Part shown: piece after piece, positions 7,013 to 10,427 of the stretch
Numbering within the stretch: the stretch's first letter is position 1
How the letters are laid out: each line of letters opens with the position of its first letter
NCBI GenBank assembly: GCA_039810425.1
Contig: JBDHWW010000078.1
Span: 1 to 10,427 of the forward strand
DNA length: 10,427 nt
Reading direction: 5' to 3'
DNA from: Pseudobdellovibrionaceae bacterium
GTDB taxonomy: Bacteria; Bdellovibrionota; Bdellovibrionia; Bdellovibrionales; Bdellovibrionaceae
The notes under the pieces: generated by a model
Seen by the model: only the letters and a program-made list of their open reading frames with translations
What the model was told of the DNA's origin: nothing
Databases searched by the model: none
Made by a program: the position numbers and the translations under genes

Positions 7013-7040
7013 ATTTTACCACATCACCGGAAATGTGCAA
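7013..7040 (-). promoter_or_regulatory. Extended -10 sigma70-like promoter for the accessory/membrane operon
   Basis: TTGCAC-N16-TAAAAT with the same TGTGGTAAAAT box. Confidence 0.6.
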
Positions 7041-7041
7041 G

Positions 7042-7677
7042 TCAGAATCCGTAGTGAAACTTGCGCATTTTGTCGGCCTTCCACACGGCCAGCGCCATCG
7101 CCAGAACCATGTCGTCATGACCATTCGCGCTTCGATTGCCATAGCTGGGCGCACCACTGCCGCTTATCTCTTCGTCGAAGTCCATCAACTCGCTTTCAAT
7201 CTGTCGCCAGTGTGGTATCTGTGTTGCGATCTTGAGCCGGCCACTTTCAAACGCGACGCGAAGCGGGCTGATAAGTTGAACCTTCGGTAAATAGGTGCGA
7301 CTGCCTTCGCTGCGATCTTGGCCGACGCCCGATGTGATGACAACTTCATCCATGCGAAGCCGCTGCGCACGAAGCAACTCGACGACTGCATTGCCAACAC
7401 CTGTCGCGTCGACGATGAGCATGTAATCGTGAATCACTTCTTTGCGCGGTATCTCTTTATCCATCGGCCAGTATTCTCGCTCGACGATTGCATCAGGAAG
7501 CCGGCGAATCAAGTCGCCTACATGCTGCGCCACTTTTGTGTAGGGCGTCCCAAGTGGGAAACGATCAACGTTATTAACTTCTATCGCGCCCTTCGGATTG
7601 TCGAAGTCGGTGCGCTGGGCAATGCACACGGCGCTATAGTCATTCGATTTACCCAAGTCAAGGCCAATGAAATACAT
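7042..7677 (-). CDS. Terminase large subunit C-terminal RNase H-like nuclease domain as a stand-alone gene
   Basis: YFIGLDLGKSNDYSA, IVDATGVG and HDDMVLAMALA are the acidic motifs of Terminase_6C-type nucleases. Own SD GGAGGA 9 nt before the ATG. Confidence 0.85.
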   Translation of the reverse strand: MYFIGLDLGKSNDYSAVCIAQRTDFDNPKGAIEVNNVDRFPLGTPYTKVAQHVGDLIRRLPDAIVEREYWPMDKEIPRKEVIHDYMLIVDATGVGNAVVELLRAQRLRMDEVVITSGVGQDRSEGSRTYLPKVQLISPLRVAFESGRLKIATQIPHWRQIESELMDFDEEISGSGAPSYGNRSANGHDDMVLAMALAVWKADKMRKFHYGF

Positions 7678-7683
7678 GATGGT

Positions 7684-8484
7684 TTATCCTCCAAAAAGCG
7701 GAATGAAGGGAGTGTCGCCGCTTAGGGCGTTCCTTACATCCTCGCTACGAAACACACTGCTAGTCGTATCGGTGAATTCACACAGATACTCGCTGCGATA
7801 CCATGCGTCACCTAATGCCAGCCGTTCTTCTGCTAAGAAGTCCGCACTGATGCGTGGGTTATCTGTCGCCTTCAGCGTCACGCGTCGCCACGTATCGCCA
7901 CCGTCACGCCATTCATCGTAAAAGTGCCCGCGCTGTCCCCACGGCGTAGACGCGAGAATGAGCCGGCCACCACTCACAGCCAGCATCGGGCGCACGGCCT
8001 TATACAACTCATCATCAACGCGGGCGGCTTCGTCTTCAATGAGCAAGTCAACAGCGGAGAATCCGCGAATGGTTGACTCCGAAGCCGGCAATGAGACGAT
8101 GCGTGAGCCGTTCGCAAATGTCGCGCTCAGTTTGTTGTCTTCCATCATCGCGGGCGGCGTCTTCATCTTGCCCAGCCAGCTCGAACATTTGCGGAATAAC
8201 TCTGACGACTGGCGAAGGGAAGGGGATACCAACAGCACCAACGCATTAGGATTGAACATGGCAGTGTGAACGGCCAACAGTGAAGCGATGGTTGACTTGC
8301 CTGATTGACGCGCACAGTTGAGCAACAGCCGCTTGCCTTCCCAGCGCATCACGGCCTCTTGCCATGCGTCAGGCTCGAAGCCCAGCGAACGCCCGAACGC
8401 CACCACATCAGCGGGCACTTCGTCGGCATTCTGCCGGCGTGCCAATAGCGCCTTGATTTCTTTAATGTCGCGTTCAATTGCCAC
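7684..8484 (-). CDS. Terminase large subunit N-terminal ATPase domain (Terminase_6-like)
   Basis: PDAWQ Q-motif, Walker A ARQSGKST, Walker B LLIEDEAA, coupling motif ASTPWG, and YRSEYLCEF. GTG start with SD AAGGAG. Confidence 0.9.
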   Translation of the reverse strand: MAIERDIKEIKALLARRQNADEVPADVVAFGRSLGFEPDAWQEAVMRWEGKRLLLNCARQSGKSTIASLLAVHTAMFNPNALVLLVSPSLRQSSELFRKCSSWLGKMKTPPAMMEDNKLSATFANGSRIVSLPASESTIRGFSAVDLLIEDEAARVDDELYKAVRPMLAVSGGRLILASTPWGQRGHFYDEWRDGGDTWRRVTLKATDNPRISADFLAEERLALGDAWYRSEYLCEFTDTTSSVFRSEDVRNALSGDTPFIPLFGG

Positions 8485-8893
8485 GGCTCAACATCTCCTT
8501 GATTGCGGCCACATCATCTTCAACCGTTGAAAGCCGGCGCACCGTATCGGCTGCATCAGTCAATGCCTTCGCCGCTTGAACTCTCACAGCCGGCGTCACG
8601 TCTTCATCTTGCGCAATGTCAATCAACACATTCGCGGCAACTTCCATCCCGTAGGCGTAGCGCGTCGCTGCATGGCGGATTTTGTCGCGTGCAGCATCGG
8701 CCACGGCTGCGGCAAAATGCGGCGTTTTGAGCCATCGGTGCAAAGTGTCATCACTCACGCCCACGGCCTTCGCCGCTTCGGTGAGCGATGGGTGAGTGAG
8801 TAGCGCGGCCACGGCTTGAACCTGCTTCGGCGTCAAGCCGGCCACGTCAACATCAGAGCCGGCCACAGCCAGCGTCTTATCAGTCTTCGCCAT
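8474..8893 (-). CDS. Putative terminase small subunit (N-terminal HTH), 139 aa
   Basis: LTPKQ...LL...SLTEAAKAVGVSDDTLHRWLK...F HTH followed by helical oligomerisation-like segments. Directly upstream of and overlapping TerL. SD AGGAG before ATG 8893. Confidence 0.72.
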   Translation of the reverse strand: MAKTDKTLAVAGSDVDVAGLTPKQVQAVAALLTHPSLTEAAKAVGVSDDTLHRWLKTPHFAAAVADAARDKIRHAATRYAYGMEVAANVLIDIAQDEDVTPAVRVQAAKALTDAADTVRRLSTVEDDVAAIKEMLSRGN

Positions 8894-9875
8894 TGTCATC
8901 ATCTCCTGAGTCATACGTCGCGGCCAATGCGTCACTAGCCGCGTTCAAGGCTTCGTTGGCTTCGCTTCGGTCATAGCGTTGCGTCGTTGTAATCGCTGCA
9001 TGGCCTAACATGCGCTGGGCAACATGAACGCCCTTCGCACGGATGACAACCGTGGCCGCGGTGCGCCTGAAGTCGTGCCATGTGATGTTTGCAATGCCGG
9101 CTTCGTTCGCACGCTTCGCCAGTATTTCATCGGCGCTGTTGACGGTCAGCGGCTTGTCAAGTGGAATGCCGGCGCGGTGCATCGGTGTAATCAACCATTC
9201 GCCGGCGCCGCGGAACTTCAGCCAGTCCTTCACGACCTTCCACAAGTCGCCAACAATGGCCGGCGTGGTGCGTTCTTTATTGCCTTTGCCAATGACGCGC
9301 ACTTGTGCGCCCTTGCCATCGGGAAGAAGAATCAAGTCAGGAAGGCGCATCTTCACAATCTCGCCGCGTCGCGCACCCGTGGCCGCTGCAATCGCAATGA
9401 GAGCCGCGTCACGCTTGCCCGCTGGGTGAGCGTCGCGCCGGCACACGTCAATCAGGCTTCGCACTTCAGCCGGCGTCAACTCACGGCCAGCTATCTCACG
9501 CGTGCCCGTGTCACGTAGGCGCTTCGCAGTGTCAAGCAATCGTTGGTAGGCGTCGGTTGTCATGTCGCCGGAAGCCCACGCGCTTCGCGCCGTGCCCGTC
9601 AACGCGGCCAATACTCGATTACGCTGGGCGGGCGCACCGTCAACGCGTGCCATGATTGCGGGAAGGTTAGCGGCGTCAAGCTTGCGCCAATCCACCGTCA
9701 GCCATGAATCGAAGCCCATTGCCTTCGCTACGACATTCAAGGCGCTGCGCTGCGTCTTCTTCGACAGGTCAGAGCGAAGGCTTGAGAGATAGACCACAGC
9801 CGGCTTGACTTCGGCTGTCATCTGCGCGGGCGTGTTGCCGGCGTCTTCGGGAGTGATAGGGATAAGGTTGCTCAT
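8880..9875 (-). CDS. Tyrosine recombinase / phage integrase family protein, 331 aa
   Basis: Catalytic set intact: TGARRGE (R), GKGNKER (K), HDFRR (HxxR), LGH, RYD (Y). Confidence 0.93.
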   Translation of the reverse strand: MSNLIPITPEDAGNTPAQMTAEVKPAVVYLSSLRSDLSKKTQRSALNVVAKAMGFDSWLTVDWRKLDAANLPAIMARVDGAPAQRNRVLAALTGTARSAWASGDMTTDAYQRLLDTAKRLRDTGTREIAGRELTPAEVRSLIDVCRRDAHPAGKRDAALIAIAAATGARRGEIVKMRLPDLILLPDGKGAQVRVIGKGNKERTTPAIVGDLWKVVKDWLKFRGAGEWLITPMHRAGIPLDKPLTVNSADEILAKRANEAGIANITWHDFRRTAATVVIRAKGVHVAQRMLGHAAITTTQRYDRSEANEALNAASDALAATYDSGDDDNGED

Positions 9876-9912
9876 AGTCTAGGATTGCTAAAAGTGTAAT
9901 TCTACACGGTTG

Positions 9913-9941
9913 ATTTTACCACACCTAGAACGCCACGGGAA
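9913..9941 (-). promoter_or_regulatory. Extended -10 promoter for the integrase-terminase operon
   Basis: TGTGGTAAAAT at 9923-9913 with a weak -35 (TTCCCG, N17). The inverted repeat GTGTA-N4-TACAC (9894-9907) lies over the expected start site. Confidence 0.55.
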
Positions 9942-10162
9942 GCCCAGCCAGCGCCCGATTAAACGGGCAAAACGGGCAAGCCCAGCGCCACGAAGCCGCA
10001 CACGGCCTCACAGGAAGCCCGTAGCGGCGTTTTGCCGGCCACATAGGTATGAGACAGCCTACAGATGCAAACAGCGGCCTTCCTGCGCGTCCTGACGCGT
10101 CGCGCCCAGCGCCCAGCGGCACGCATAAGCGGACACGGGCACTTGAGCCGGCTGAAGGCGTC

Positions 10163-10272
10163 AGGGGAACTTTGGTAACTTTGGTAACTTTTTCCACCGC
10201 TAAAAAAATCGCATCTGTCTTCTGAAAAATTTTTGCGTGCCAAAAAGTTCCGAAAGTTACCAAAGTTCCCCT
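10163..10272. repeat. 31-bp inverted repeat built of three 9-bp AAAGTTACC-like units per arm, around a 48-bp AT-rich spacer
   Basis: Arms at 10163-10193 and 10242-10272 match at 29/31. The spacer contains A and T tracts. Confidence 0.88.
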
Positions 10273-10399
10273 ATTTTGAGCGTCTTATGTCGTCTTTGTC
10301 GTTGTTTGCGTTGTAGGAATTACACCTACACTAAGCGGACACGGCTTCTTCCCGTGGCCGGCTGGCGGCGTTGGTGCGAGCCATGCGCGAGGAGAGACC

Positions 10400-10427
10400 A
10401 TGAGCAAGCGAGTGATCATCATCACTG
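10400..10427 (+). CDS. 5' end of a probable host short-chain dehydrogenase/reductase (partial)
   Basis: SD GAGGAG, then MSKRVIIIT(G), resembling the start of the SDR TGxxxGxG Rossmann motif. Only 9 codons are visible. Confidence 0.45.

Larger units (their letters stand above)
69..10362 (-). mobile_element. Integrated phage-satellite-like element (integrase, TerS, split TerL, primase, helicase; no capsid genes); boundaries approximate
   Basis: Co-oriented, tightly packed gene set typical of satellites or small prophage-like elements. The short flanks look more GC-rich. An 8-bp direct repeat TGGCCGGC lies at 69-76 and 10355-10362. Confidence 0.8.

Noticed and set aside
7042..8484. terL pseudogene
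   Set aside because: Disfavoured but not excluded: the break is at the domain boundary, a strong SD and ATG follow, and the catalytic motifs are intact.
2041..8935. Longer ORF-track starts (3258, 3575, 5471, 6005, 6887, 8935)
   Set aside because: Downstream ATGs at 3156, 3563, 5414, 5909, 6863 and 8893 have clear SD sequences and avoid hairpins or long overlaps.
8880..9875. Host xerC/xerD or integron integrase
   Set aside because: The context is a mobile element, and I saw no dif site, attC cassettes or IntI-specific insertion, so no gene symbol was assigned.
9925..10263. Minus ORFs of 112 and 94 aa as a possible excisionase or regulator
   Set aside because: They run through the inverted repeats and show no HTH or protein-like composition.

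Overview
Nearly the whole window (about 70-10360) looks like one compact integrated mobile element of about 10.3 kb, resembling a phage satellite, with every credible gene on the minus strand. In transcription order it encodes: a tyrosine recombinase; an HTH protein resembling a terminase small subunit; a terminase large subunit split into separate ATPase and nuclease genes; several small ORFs; a lipoprotein-like membrane protein; a multi-pass membrane protein with a C-terminal Cys4 zinc finger, followed by a dense CGTCTC repeat array; three ribbon-helix-helix-like proteins; a Prim-Pol primase; an AAA_25/RepA-like helicase; an iteron/palindrome origin-like locus; and a hypothetical gene. No portal, capsid, tail or relaxase gene is recognisable. 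The non-coding DNA is highly structured. It holds three identical extended -10 promoter boxes, a candidate antisense RNA in front of the primase, a second inverted-iteron locus upstream of the integrase, and a duplicated palindrome bracketing the replication module. A probable host SDR-like gene starts at the right edge. The host may be Chloroflexota, inferred only from protein style. All family calls come from motif recognition by eye and all counts are manual.
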